A stretch of DNA of 64,000 nt from Amphiscolops sp. MND2022 (taxonomy: Eukaryota): assembly GCA_964187785.1 (NCBI GenBank), contig OZ076409.1, positions 68,450,001 to 68,514,000 of the forward strand. The letters run 5' to 3'. How positions within the stretch are numbered: position 1 is the first letter of the stretch; the number at the start of each line of letters is the position of its first letter. The position numbers and the translations under genes are program-made. Below, in pieces: positions 27,247-39,560 of the stretch. Under the pieces are notes generated by a model. The model was not told the DNA's origin. It ran no database searches and worked only from the letters and a program-made list of their open reading frames with translations.

Positions 27247-29824
27247 ATGAACCAAACCACCTTTACCCTATATTTATTATACATAATACAAGTTGTTAAA
27301 TACACATATATAATACACATAGTCCACTCTTTAGTTCACCCTTCAACTGTTCCTAAAGTTGACACCACCAATTCTGAAAATCATATTTCAGACCAAGATC
27401 CTAACATTTTAAACTTGATGGTATCTCATTATGATTGTGCAAAACAAAACAACTTAAGACAATTCTGTTTATTAAATGTAGAACCATGTAAACAAGCACC
27501 CTCAGATATACAACACACAAAAACCCAAGCAACAGTTTATGTTAGAGCAAAAGCTAAAAGAATAAAAGCCTTTAAATGCCAAGCATATTTAAAGACTGAG
27601 AAAGTCTGGTGTTCACAAACATTCACATCTAGTAGACGATATGATCGTTTACAATGGGGACAAAACACATTAGAACTTCCAAAAATATTGGACCCTATTG
27701 AATGCAAAAATATGATGAGATATTTAAACGCGACTGATAGTGAAGAACTAAACAACTACAATATACAAAGTTCTTTCTCATTGTTCGACGATAGTAATTA
27801 TCAAAACACAATTGAACGAATTCAGACACCATTTAGAGTAAAAAAATCAATTACATGGCATATTGGAACCTTCGTATTTGATGAAAATTATCCCGACTGG
27901 ATAGTTAATGTTACACAAAATACATACTCCAGATGTCGATCAGACCGAGAACATTTAATTACCCGACAAAGTTGGAAACTTAGAAATGTTAACACCGCAA
28001 TAGATTATGACGATAAAAACAATCAATTAATACATGACGGACACATATTACCATGTTATCATTCAGACGGATTTTGTAAACCAACGACCAAAACTCCATA
28101 TACATTAACATGGTTTGATGAAAAGTTTTGCCTCATATTTCAACTTCAAGAATTCATTGGTAGAATGACACGAATCAAAGATAGATATTGGATAGAAACC
28201 GATACCTTCATTGAAACTTCAAACATCACACAAAAACTTCAAACCGAAGGAATACAAGGGACAAGATATCCTAATGTAAAAACACCACAATCAAAAGTAA
28301 GCAATCCAAGCCTTTCTCGATTTGAAATGTACCCAATTGCACAAACCTTCTGTTGAAAACCTGAACTATTATTTTCAACACAATATGATGACATCTTTGT
28401 TACATACTTAGATGGTTTTGATATGAACACAGGATTTCCCAAAACCACACTCAATAATTGACCAAACAATTAGTGGAAATATAAAATATGATGATTCAAA
28501 CAAAAGGTATATATTCCCTGCATTGAATATATCAAACAATTTCGCCACTTTAGATTATGATGCCCATATTAATACAAAGATTGATTTCACAATAAATCAT
28601 GTATTTAAATCCATGACAGTACAAGAACTAAACACTCTTCATACAATATGTGAACTGGAAAGAACTCAATTATTAACGATCTTAGCTATGTCAGTTAAAA
28701 ATCCTCAATTAGCCGGTTTTCTTTAAACTGGAAATCGTAGTAACTTTCTCTACGTTGAAGGATCTACAGCATGGCTGTATGATTGCCCTCATTTTATATC
28801 ACCACTATACAAGGCAGACAAATGCTTTGATAGAATTCCTATACACTACAGAGAAACGATAATGTATGTTGACCCAATAACAAGACAAATTTTTAACTTT
28901 GCAACACCAATTGAATGTGGAAATAAGCCACAAAATATAATAGATTTAGATCCAGATTCTAACGACGGAGATTTTTATGTGTTAACACCAGAACCACTTA
29001 AACGAGAAGCACCACAAATGTTTAAACCTACCCAAATTAAAACAACAATCACTCCTAATACATTTACCACCCAAGATGCCGGTATTTACTCAAATGCAGA
29101 ATTAGATCAATTCTGGAATAGAGTACTAATTGCTAAACATTCTGACACAACTCTCCAATTACTTGGAAAATCATTAAGCTATGATTTCATCTCAATGCAT
29201 AATGATAAACACTCATACTCAGGACATAATCCCTATAATCATTTAAGGATTGGAGTACATGACCACTTGTTAAACCTTTTACCACTTTTCAACCCTGACT
29301 GGTTCAGTCAAGCATTCATTAATTTCTTTGGATATCCATGTTATGTTTTAACTCAATGTGGAATTTATTTTTCAACATTTCTTTTCATTAGAGAAGTTTT
29401 AACATTTTTACTCAAATTCTACAGAACAATTAGCATAAAATATAATCTCCAAAGCAACATTTCCATTTTGAGTTCAATAGCCCATGGATTTTTTAATATA
29501 GTTACATCGGAAATGGTAACCGATTTAAACAATACAGGAAAACGAAAACGGATATATACTAAACACAAAATTACAACAAGTGAAAATGATAATATCCTAT
29601 TGCCGGAAAAAGAATTAAACAATAAACGAAGACACTCTGATACTGATTCCCCTTATTTACCTCCTAAATATTCCAGTAAGAATTCAACATTTCAATCACC
29701 GCAAAAGACACACCCAACTAATGTAAACGATATTAATTCTCAGGACTATGACCCAATAATGTCAAATGTAATAGCTGTACCGGAAAGCCCTGCTAAAGTC
29801 TTTATAAAATTCAATCCCTCCTAG
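27247..29824 (+). pseudogene. env-like glycoprotein, class III fusogen (herpes gB / chuvirus G-like); two stops and a frameshift
   Basis: Hydrophobic N-terminus; YDC...LLNVEPC...FKC...WC...IEC pattern; ICELERTQLLTILAMSVKNPQLAGFL-TGN...EGSTAWLYDC...KCFDRIPI...YVDPITR...IEC; GIYSNAELDQF; C-terminal hydrophobic TM segment and cytoplasmic tail. About 860 codons when rejoined across the stops at 28354 and 28724 and a frameshift near 28460. Confidence 0.85.
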
Positions 29825-30280
29825 CTGTAAAGCAATAACTTAAAAAACAAATTAACCTCAGAAAAAGTTCAAAAAATTATCAACTAAATTCTTCTCAGTC
29901 TAAATTTCTAATCAACTAAACTTCATTCAAACCCAAATTCTCACTCGGACCGGTCTCTCCTTTTCAACTTAACAACAAATTCACTTGCTCACCAAAACTC
30001 AACTCTCAACCAGAAGACTTCAACTGGATTTTCAGTCCATCTAAAAGACCGAAATCACAGAAGTTTCTATTCCTGGAATAGATGCCATTGTGATTGTTGA
30101 TGTTTTCAACCCATCATTGACTCAGTATTCCCATATTGTAAGTACAATTTAAATTTCAATATTAACAAACAATTTAATGGATAGGAAAGACATAACAAAA
30201 TTTTTCCCTATTATTAGAAACAATATAATCAAACGTTATAATCATTATTTTAGCTCTATAAAAACACGCAAGTTTAAATA

Positions 30281-31330
30281 ATGGAATCCTTGCCCGAAAT
30301 TGATGTAGTTAACTCTAATCCCTCTGAATTGCTTGCATCCCCTTTGAATATAACTATTCAACAAAATGTTAACGAAGATAATAACTCTTCTTCCAACTCT
30401 CAAGACCCCATAGAAACTATTCCTATTGAACAAGTAGATCATGTTAACGCAAGATCTCAAAAAAGAAAGTACCCAGATATAGCTGCAGATAAACCTTTTA
30501 TGGAATCTGGCGCTTGCCCTCCTTTCATAAAACCAATTAAACAAGATGAAGATAGAGATTGTGAACTAGTTCCTATTCTCTCGTCAAAACACTTCACCTT
30601 TCAATCTCAGTTAACTTCGTTATACATGATTCCAACAAAATATAAATTCATCATCAGAGAATTTAAAAATGATTATCATACATCAATTGCTTCAAAATTG
30701 ATTACCCCATATGATTGGTGGTTAAACAATAAAGTGAAAATTTTCTCACTCCAATACAACTTCCTCAGACCATCTCCATATGATCTTCGAACCGAAGAAA
30801 ATGATGCAAATTTTTTGCCATACCAAATCAAAAAGGCTCACCACATGACTTATCAAAAGTTTCTTCAATATAAAGAGCCCGATACTTATATATTCTTCAA
30901 CTCCAAATATACATCGCCATTCACTTTCAACTCAAAATATTTAATAGATCATACCAAAACAAAAGGAAAACTTAGAAATTATGACCCGCTGAAACAAAGT
31001 TTTCTCTTCCTTCCAAATGATAACCCAAAAAGACCAATCATTGTACCACAAGAATACCTCATTCTGAACGACGATTCGTTACTACAAGAAGATATACCTC
31101 AACATATATCTGATCCTCTTCCTCCACTTCAACATATAGCCTCTCAACCTTTGGGAGACTGTGAAAAATCTTATTTTCACGCAATGACCGAAAAGGGATA
31201 TTCGAATAATGAACTAACTTTTATTATTTCTCATCTGCTTTCACTTCTTACAAATGGAAATCACAAAGAATATAAAAAGGCGAAACAAGAATCGCCTAAG
31301 AAAACCAAAAATGATATTCCTCAACCATAA
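30281..31330 (+). CDS. Unknown 349-aa accessory ORF of giant element
   Basis: Long ATG-initiated sense ORF inside the LTR boundaries. May continue by frameshift to about 31573. No motif recognised. Confidence 0.65.
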   Translation: MESLPEIDVVNSNPSELLASPLNITIQQNVNEDNNSSSNSQDPIETIPIEQVDHVNARSQKRKYPDIAADKPFMESGACPPFIKPIKQDEDRDCELVPILSSKHFTFQSQLTSLYMIPTKYKFIIREFKNDYHTSIASKLITPYDWWLNNKVKIFSLQYNFLRPSPYDLRTEENDANFLPYQIKKAHHMTYQKFLQYKEPDTYIFFNSKYTSPFTFNSKYLIDHTKTKGKLRNYDPLKQSFLFLPNDNPKRPIIVPQEYLILNDDSLLQEDIPQHISDPLPPLQHIASQPLGDCEKSYFHAMTEKGYSNNELTFIISHLLSLLTNGNHKEYKKAKQESPKKTKNDIPQP

Positions 31331-32096
31331 AGTTTTTGCCCAACAGATGAATTACAGAAATATACAGAAATCCTGAAGATCATAAAACCGTACCATCATC
31401 CGAACCGAGATATTCATATAACAATCGCTGAAATCGTAAATACCCTTGAACAAGCTCGAAGCATAATACAAAATATCGTATTTGATACGACAAGAATTAG
31501 CCAATCAGCTTTGTGCATTCGCACATCTTTAGACGAATTCAACTACACTATTGAAAAATTGCATCGATCTTAACTGGTAATTATGGGATAATCACTTTAA
31601 AATTGTTAACACCTATCACTTAATCTCTTAACAACCTGTCAAAATTAATTGAGTCTATACGTATATGCCTGCTATGCACGATTATAAAACATGCTTGATG
31701 TTAAAATACACTTTTAAAATAAAATAACATAAAAAATTTTCAATCACGACATAAAAATTTTCAACAAAATTCCTCAATTGCTCCTCCTTTTATTGGACCG
31801 ATTTCAACAAATAAGTACTTATTTGAAAGATATTCAAATACCCTTCAAAAGACTTTCAAAATACAACAACTTAATTCTTAAAATTAAAAAGTTATAATAT
31901 CACAAAGTTCAATAAAAAAATGTCAACTACGAAATTCTATTTTCAAAGGAACTTTATTGTAAACAAACTAATCTATTTTAGGTGAATATCGTCACAACTG
32001 CTTCTGCAGCATTCCTTCCTCCTCTCAGGTCACCCAATCAAGAAGAACTCCAAAGTATCTTCTACAACTTTCAACGAAATTTTCCCATTCTTCAAT

Positions 32097-32573
32097 ATGA
32101 CAACTATTCATTCTGGCGACATAGACTGCCCGATAGCTCCTTTTCTTTCAATCTCTTCAGCTCGATTGCGATTTTTGATCCTGAAAAAGCATTTAACGAC
32201 ATTAAATGCGCAGCTTAGAACAGTCAAAAAGGCAGACCCACATCTTACAAGGATGATATTGCTTAATATGTTCCAATTATTCCAATTAACAAGAATAAAT
32301 TTCGACCAATATCTCCTTATTCATAAACATCCTGACACTTATGCAACCCAACGAGACGCCACTACCCAAACAGAACATACTACCATCAAGTCCAAACGTT
32401 TAGTACGAAATCTATCCAATAGAATGCGTTCTGAAATGGAAAAACAACGTCTAAATTCTTATTGGCCTTCAGATGATAATGATGATACTGACGAAGAACT
32501 TCAAAAAGACCCTCCAGAAGCACTTATAGATGATAATTACCCGCACAAAACATATACTTACGTTTCTTTCTAA
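32097..32573 (+). CDS. Unknown 158-aa accessory ORF of giant element
   Basis: ATG-initiated sense ORF with helical-looking core and acidic tail; overlaps a decayed upstream frame (31920-32218). Confidence 0.5.
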   Translation: MTTIHSGDIDCPIAPFLSISSARLRFLILKKHLTTLNAQLRTVKKADPHLTRMILLNMFQLFQLTRINFDQYLLIHKHPDTYATQRDATTQTEHTTIKSKRLVRNLSNRMRSEMEKQRLNSYWPSDDNDDTDEELQKDPPEALIDDNYPHKTYTYVSF

Positions 32574-33636
32574 TATCAACAGACGCCATCAACAGCACCC
32601 GTCCACTCCCATCTTCGAATCCCACATCTTCAACGATTGATCGTCGCAGATCAGCACCCGTCTTCAACTTCATCGCCGCCCAACAGTGCCCATCTTCATT
32701 CATCTGCTGACCCTTCTTCATCCATCTTCCAATCTTCAATCGTCACCCATCCAATTCTCCGCCGAAGATGATCGATATTTAATAATAAAGAAAACTCAAA
32801 GAAAAACATTGTGCATGATAACATTTCGAAAAGTTTCAAACTCATCAAATATTTAGAGAATTCAAAACTCTTACCGAAAATATTCACTATGTAGTTATTA
32901 TTTCAAATTTCATCCCCACCCACATTTATTTGCCCAAAAATCCTTTATTCACACCCGTACCGATATTTATTTGCTTTATTTTTAAAGAATAATTAGTAAT
33001 AATTATTATTTTTCGGTGCTATCCTATCCAAAAAATTCACAAATATTATCAATAAATCTTTTCAAATTTCAACAAAACCAGCTCAAAAGTAGATCAAGCA
33101 CATTTTTCAAATCAAATTCGAATAATGACAAACCCAAATTCTTGACGTTTTCAACATTTGTTACATAACAAACCCGCCAAAGTTAATCACAACCTGAAAT
33201 CTTTTCGGACAAATTTCACGCTCGATGGAAAAATTTTCTCTTCTCAACGATATTATTTCAATGACTCTTTGACCTTTAACTCGTATGATGTTTGCTCACG
33301 TTTGTTCAATGCGAAGTTCTTTCGAAAACTTCAACAGAAGCATAAAATTGAGCATCTACCAGTTCAAAAACAAGCCGACGAAAGCATAGTGAAAAAGAAC
33401 ACTTTGACGCTTTTTGAACTGTAGTCGCACCTACGAGGTGTCAATCAAAAATTTGACAATTCGAGGTACATCAATGAGTCGAACTTACACCACTCTTAAC
33501 GAGACTTATGCCAATCATCCATCTAATGAAAAATATTAACTAGCTGAAACGCTAAGAACATTTAAACAAAAATTTTTCTTCATTTCAATTAATGATGCTA
33601 CTTTAAAATTTTATTTTATTTGAAAACTGGGATGGA

Positions 33637-33905
33637 TGTACTGACCTACATTAATAACCAATAGTATTTAGATGTTTATAGAATGTTCTAGAATGTACAT
33701 TTATTTGTTATTGAATGATTGTAAATCTCTACTCCCTCAGAGAGAGAAAAATAATAATCAGTATTCAGTTGACTTCCTTTTTGTTCTACTTCTAACACCT
33801 CGAACTAGTTGTAATAAAGTAAGCTAGCTAGCCTGTCTCCCAGCCGCTTTTAGTAGTTGTGTATAAGACCAACCAAAGAACTAACCAACCATTAAAAGCA
33901 GCACA
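33637..33905 (+). repeat. 3' LTR of giant element
   Basis: Direct repeat of 15468-15736; preceded by the PPT-like tract and followed by TSD AACG. Confidence 0.96.
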
Positions 33906-33909
33906 AACG

Positions 33910-34813
33910 TCTAAAGTTGGCGCTATACCTAAGGCTCAAAAAGCGCAAAGTTTTTAAAATATGCCCAGAACGTTTCAATGAAAACAGTTTCAAAACATTC
34001 AAAGGGTGCCTTTCGTGCTTGGAAAACGCTTCAGAGATCAGATGAAGCGTGTTGAGACAAATACCAGCGCTTTTTGATTCTACGCTTCCTCCTCAGTAAA
34101 AAGCAATATAGTTCGGATACAACGTCAAAAGTTCGGATATAGCGTGCTGGGACAAATGGAGGCGCTTCTTTTCAAACCTCCGCCTCATCCTTTGCAAAAA
34201 GCATTACAGTTCAAATATAACGTCAAAAATTCGAATACAGCGCAAATTTTTTGAACCACCTCCAAATACAAAATTTGGACAGTATTGGAAAAATTATTGG
34301 TGGAACCATATTGAAAAAAACCTACTTTCAGGCCAAAATCAGAATTTTGAAACAGTCTCATAGTTCCGAAAATGAAAAAAGGGGGACCATTTTTGCTTTT
34401 TCAACATTTTTAAACAAAACATTGAAGGGGAACCTTTAAAGACATTTGAAAATTTTTAAAGAAACTCAAAGAAAGGAAAGTTTTGAACAGTCCCATAATG
34501 CCAAAAAATCTGAAAAGGAGATTCTTTCGGATTTTTAGACATTCATTTTGTAGCAAAGTATCAAAAAACTTGAAGGGGGACAATTTGAAGACATTGAAAA
34601 TATTTCAAAAAATAGTCTTATAGTGCCATTGACATGCGGACACTTTCCACTAACTTGGATGCGTTTTCGCTGGCCAGACGTAGCCGGTACAGTACTTCAG
34701 TAGTTTTAGCAGCTTCTGTAAAAATGTGTCCACTACGCATAGATTCTGTTATTGTAACCACTTACTGTAACGGTCGGGTTTTTTTCGTTTAAGGAAAATG
34801 CGCCGACTAAAAA
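33910..34813 (-). mobile_element. HINE-like element interrupted by the giant retroelement (tip at 15453-15467)
   Basis: Rejoining the flanks gives AACAAAACGGGAACGTCTAAAGTTGGCGCTATACCTAAGGCTC, matching the family terminus at 37865 and 14146. The other end, GCGCCGACTAAAAA, is at 34800-34813. Confidence 0.7.
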
Positions 34814-35090
34814 GACTAAGAAATTGAAGGAAAGAAGAAATTATTCCCATTTCGTCTGAAATTGGAAGTTTTCACGAAAATTTTGATAGCGAAAAGTGAA
34901 CAAACTTTTGCTCAACAACTTGGCTGTAAATATAGTACCAAAGCTTGCTATGGGAAGATGGTATCCGAAAGGGCACCAACTTATAAAAGAAGAACTGCTA
35001 TTCGGCGTCCACCGAAAAAAAAACTTTTCTCTCCATCTTTTGCTTAGTCAAGTATTGTGTGACGCAAAAAAGTAACAAATATGTTTCCAG

Positions 35091-35283
35091 AGCTCTGCAA
35101 AAACAAAAGAATCTTCAATCGCTAGATCTTTCGGGTTCTGCAGTGGAGGAAACAATAGAAGTTGTTTCCGAGAACATTACGGAAATCCATCTCAGACGGT
35201 GCAAATTTGACAATGACCTTCCTCTACAACTATCAAAGCCGTGGTCTCTGCGGAAGCTGGACTTAACTGGGTCTTCTCTTGAT
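35091..35283 (+). CDS. LRR protein, exon 4
   Basis: TTTCCAG acceptor; LRRs NLQSLDLSGS, ITEIHLRRC and SLRKLDLTGS; donor GTGAGT at 35284 (phase 0). Confidence 0.85.
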
Positions 35284-36264
35284 GTGAGTACAAACTTATG
35301 GTAACACTTTCATCTGTTCGCTTGCTAGCTTTTTATTTCAGGTGTTGTATTGCACTGGAATCAACTTGTTAAATTGTGCAAGAGCTCGACAAAAAAATGG
35401 GTTCAAATATCATCCAAAGAAATTGCGATTAAAAGCTGTGACAGTATTAAATCTTCAAAGCAATTTATATAAAAAGAGGCCATATACTTATGCTTTCGAA
35501 CCAGGAGCGAAGTGCAGGAACAAGCCTATACTGTACTAGTGGCTGGTTTAACGGAGGCCACATTGAAGGAAATAGACCGAGTCATGCAACAAATGACTCC
35601 CTTCATCCATTAATAAAGTTCAAAAAATAAAAAATAATTTGAGAGAATGGACTCCCGAAAAAATCTCAGTTCTGGACTAGTTGTTTTTTATCTAGTCTTC
35701 TATAAAAGAAGTTTTATCTTCTTTTATTCCTAACAGTTTCTGCCTGAAACTACTGGAAAGTTGGAAAGAACTTGTCAATCACTCACAGACAGAAATTTTC
35801 TCAATGGCTTATTTGCTAGGGTAGGGGCGAGGTTGGGAAGCTGGAATACTTTAGAAAAACTGTTTTTCCAAACTGATCCAAACGTTTCCCGATATAACGT
35901 TTTCTGAAATAACAATTATAACGAAGTGAATTTTACGAAGTAAAGAAATTGTCATTATAACCGAAACATCTTCACCGAAGGAATTCCATTTAAATTTCTT
36001 ATCTTTTCAAGTTGAACTATGGGGGAAGTTTTTTTTGTTTCAGCAATTACATACATAAACAGGCGATCTGAATTTGCAATTGTGAGAGCATAATCCAATG
36101 ATTTTTCAACGTCAGGTGCATTTTTTGGATCTTCCATGATCAGTTTTGGGCCTGAAATTTTTAGATCGTAATTCCATAATGCTGGATGTTTTTGGATAAT
36201 TTATTAGCTCATTTGCCGAGACTTCTGAAGGTTTTATGATGACTGAGGTTCTAAACGGGGATCT

Positions 36265-36460
36265 TGAATCCTCTTGCATTTTCTTGCCTATTCTTGGTTT
36301 CTCTTGTAACTCTTGATAAAGAATCTTGGAATTTCTTGAATTTCTTGGCACGATCTTGCAAGATCTTGCAATTTCTTGGATTTCTTGGTAAGAGTCTTGG
36401 CAAGATTCTTACCAAGAAATCCAAGAATATCCAAGATTCTTACCAAGAGTTCCAAGAGTT
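36265..36460. repeat. TCTTG/CAAGA short-period quasi-palindromic array
   Basis: A run of roughly 9-11 bp units containing TCTTG switches to the complement CAAGA near 36400. Confidence 0.75.
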
Positions 36461-37864
36461 TTTACACAGGGGAGCAATACATTTTTTAATCCAACCGAAA
36501 TTACCAAAAAATTTCTCAAAGTTTTCTCAAACTGTCCCCTTTTCCAATATTTCACAATTTTATATACTGTACGAACCCCATGCCCCTCTGTGAGAGTTCT
36601 GAGGCTGCGCGATTGTTGATTTCGTTTCACAAAAGGTCCCTTTTGTTATTTTTTGCTTTTTTCAGAATAACCTTTTCTATTCTATCTACGAAGGGTTTTT
36701 CACTTCCTTACTTTAGGGTCTCTGTGACATCTGAACTGTTTAACCAAAAAAATTTTATTCACCGCTTTTCTCAAGAAAAGAGTCGGCTATAGTCATTACT
36801 TTTCGTCAGTTCTTTACCGAATTTAACGCATACCGGATATAATGTATACCGGATACAACGTTTCTTGTTTTCAAGAGACTCGAATTGACAGTTTCAATTA
36901 ATAACTGAATAATACAGTAACTTCTGTCACTTGGCCTAGATGTAAGTAAGCACGCCATATCCGAACTTTTTTTAAATATTAAAATTTGTTACATTCGAAG
37001 TTAGTTGCGTTTCACTAAAAAAGAGGTGGAGGCCCGAAAATATTGCGCTATATCCAAACTTTGACGATATATCAGAAACAAATTGCGTTGTACTAAAGTG
37101 AAGGTGAAGGTTAGAATCTTATATGTTTCAATGTTTCGTTCCTTCCCGAAATAGAAAAAAGCACACTACATCTGTATTTTTTTCGTTATATCCCAAGCAA
37201 TTTATATTTCTAGTGGAAAACAAATGCCAAAAGCCCTTTTAGGCTCAAACAGGTCCCCTTTTAGTTCTATTTTCGGCATTGTGAAATTGAGTTTTTGTTT
37301 GGAAAGGTACAGGAAAGACCATATAGTCCCACCTCCGTTTTGTTTCGGTACTATGTGTTTTTTTCTGATTTTTTTTCAGAAGCCCTTCTTCAATTTTTAG
37401 CAAAAACAGAGCCTTTCGTGAGCACAGAGGGCCTCTTCGAATTTTTCGGCGCTATTCGTAAGCAATTTTTCCAAAACAATCGGTTGTTTTTTGAGGTTTT
37501 CTGTAACGGAAATTAGTTTCCCAGCTTTAAGGGTGACATTTTCGATTACCGTTTGGTCCTGTGGGATCGTTGTGAGTTTTCTCAATATCTGCGGAAAAAC
37601 CTACAGGTTTTTCGGCTCTGCAATTTTTACCATTTTTTTCACCAGAATTTCTCACCCTCTGTTTTTTGATGTTTTCAGTGGTGTTGGCCGGTAACAGATA
37701 CCAGTGAAAAGGAGGAGCAGGGATAGAAAGAGACATAAAGATAATACCAGAGAAGTTGAAGAGTTTTGCTACTTATTTCCAAAAAATCTCGAAGGAAAAA
37801 ATACTTTTCATAATTTTTCGCAGTTTTGGACAGTTTTCCGAAACGAAAGGCTCAGTAGGTATGA

Positions 37865-38302
37865 AACAAGCCGGGAACGGCATAAGTCGGCGCCATGTTG
37901 AAGGCTCAAAAATAGCACAAGGACTTCAAAGTGTCAAGTATTCTTTCACAGTACCTGAAAAACCCAAAAAGTTGGACCGAATTGGCAAGGCAGGAAGATC
38001 CCCTTGAGATTTTTCATCCATTCTGTCGCAAATCATCAAAAAAATGGAGGGGGCCCTTTGGTGAAAAAAAAAATTTTGAAAAAAGTCTCATAATGCCAAA
38101 AAACTGAAAGTCTCTCGCGGTATTGTATGCTACGTGGAATAAGAGGAAAAACCTTTTTAGTTCAGTTCGCTAGGCTAAATGATTCAATTTGGGACCATAA
38201 AATTTCGTAGAAATTTAAGAACTATTCTGGTCAGTTCGTGTGGATTGGAAAAAAGAGTCCTTATAATAGTCGCATTTCACTTTATGAAGCGCCGACTAAA
38301 AA
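37865..38302 (-). mobile_element. HINE-like element
   Basis: AACAAGCCGGGAACGGCATAAGTCGGCGCC at one end and ATAGTCG...GCGCCGACTAAAAA at the other; a second similar terminus follows at 38318-38357. Confidence 0.7.
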
Positions 38303-38635
38303 TAAACTAGCCACTGTAATAGTCGGCAATTTTCACTAGAAAAGCGGCGACTAAAAATGGGAGCGCTTGCATTCGAACCTCCGCCTTCTTCTTTGTAAAA
38401 CGCGATATTAAATATGAAGTGGAGTAAAAAAGTGGAGATTTGGCAAAATTTGGAAAACAAACGCAACACAGATATTATAATTTTCCTCCCCCATACACAA
38501 ATAAAATTGTGGGGACGGAAAACAATAAAACAAATATGTGCTTTCACTCTCACTCGAACTTTTTTACCTGAACTCTCCGTTGGGTTTCAAAGCACTCAAT
38601 AATCGTGAGAATGTGGAGATCACGTGCTGTTTTAG

Positions 38636-39560
38636 GTTGACTTATCCGTTTTTCCGGAGAACCTTTTTGGACTGGAGTGGCTAAGTTTGAAAAACACCAA
38701 GAATTTCGTGAACTCATACAGTGAATACTATTTTGCAAACAACACCAATATTGAATTCTTGGATCTTAGTGGGGTTCATTTGTATCTACTTAGCGCCACT
38801 CTGTTCAACAGTTTGCCGAATCTGAACACTTTGATAATTCAGAATGCCTACATTAGCTATAGCCCCAACGACTGGGGATGGTGCCCTTTTAAAACACTGG
38901 AGCTGCTTAATTTGGCAGGATCCGAATGCTCCAGTGGCTGCGGTTTCTGGAAACTCTTGGGGCAATATTGCAACATTATTACACTTGATATGCGCCAGAC
39001 TAAAGGTTTTAGTTTAGACTTTAATTCTGTTTTCCCGAACGTCACGGAAATTGACCTCACCGAAGCAACGGCGCAAAAGGTTTACATGGAAAATCTGCCA
39101 GAACTGACAAGTCTCCTTTTGACGAGGGCCCGCATTGAAACAAAGTTGACGCTACACAATCTGCCGTCACTGAGCCAGGTTGATTTCACAAACCTCGCCT
39201 CGACTTCGAAATACAGCCCGATTGAATTGATCGAAGTGTCAGATCTCCCTGAGTTGACTACTTTGGATTTTTCCCAACTGAGTTTTGAAAATTTGGAAGT
39301 CTCAAGTTTGACTGCTTTGTCTTCCATCTCATTTGATATGAGTGAAATAAACGCAATAGCGCTATCGGATCTACCTGAAATCGTGAGTTTAAATTTCAAA
39401 GGCAGTAAAATAGGCCAGTTGGCAATGTCCAATCTTCCCAACTTGCGCGGTTTAGATTTGAGTGGGCTTGACATCAACAACATCAATATAACCGGCTTCG
39501 AGTCATTGATTACTGATTTGGGTTTGGAGTATGAGCAGTTTTTGGACGCTACTACGCCAG
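38636..39560 (+). CDS. LRR protein, exon 5 (many LRRs)
   Basis: TTTTAG acceptor in phase 0 and in frame with the 38687 ORF. Repeated LxxLxLxx motifs. Donor CAG|GTTTGG at 39561. Confidence 0.88.

Larger units (their letters stand above)
15468..33905 (+). mobile_element. Giant (18,438 bp) env-bearing Ty3/gypsy LTR retroelement (endogenous retrovirus-like)
   Basis: 269-bp LTRs TG...CA at 15468-15736 and 33637-33905 with 3 differences. 4-bp TSD AACG at 15464-15467 and 33906-33909. PBS-like TGGTGCGAC at 15740; purine-rich GGGATGGA before the 3' LTR. Gene order gag-PR-RT-RH-IN, then env-like and extra ORFs. Confidence 0.96.

Noticed and set aside
39082..39486. 134-aa minus-strand ORF
   Set aside because: Antisense to LRR exon 5 with no independent support.
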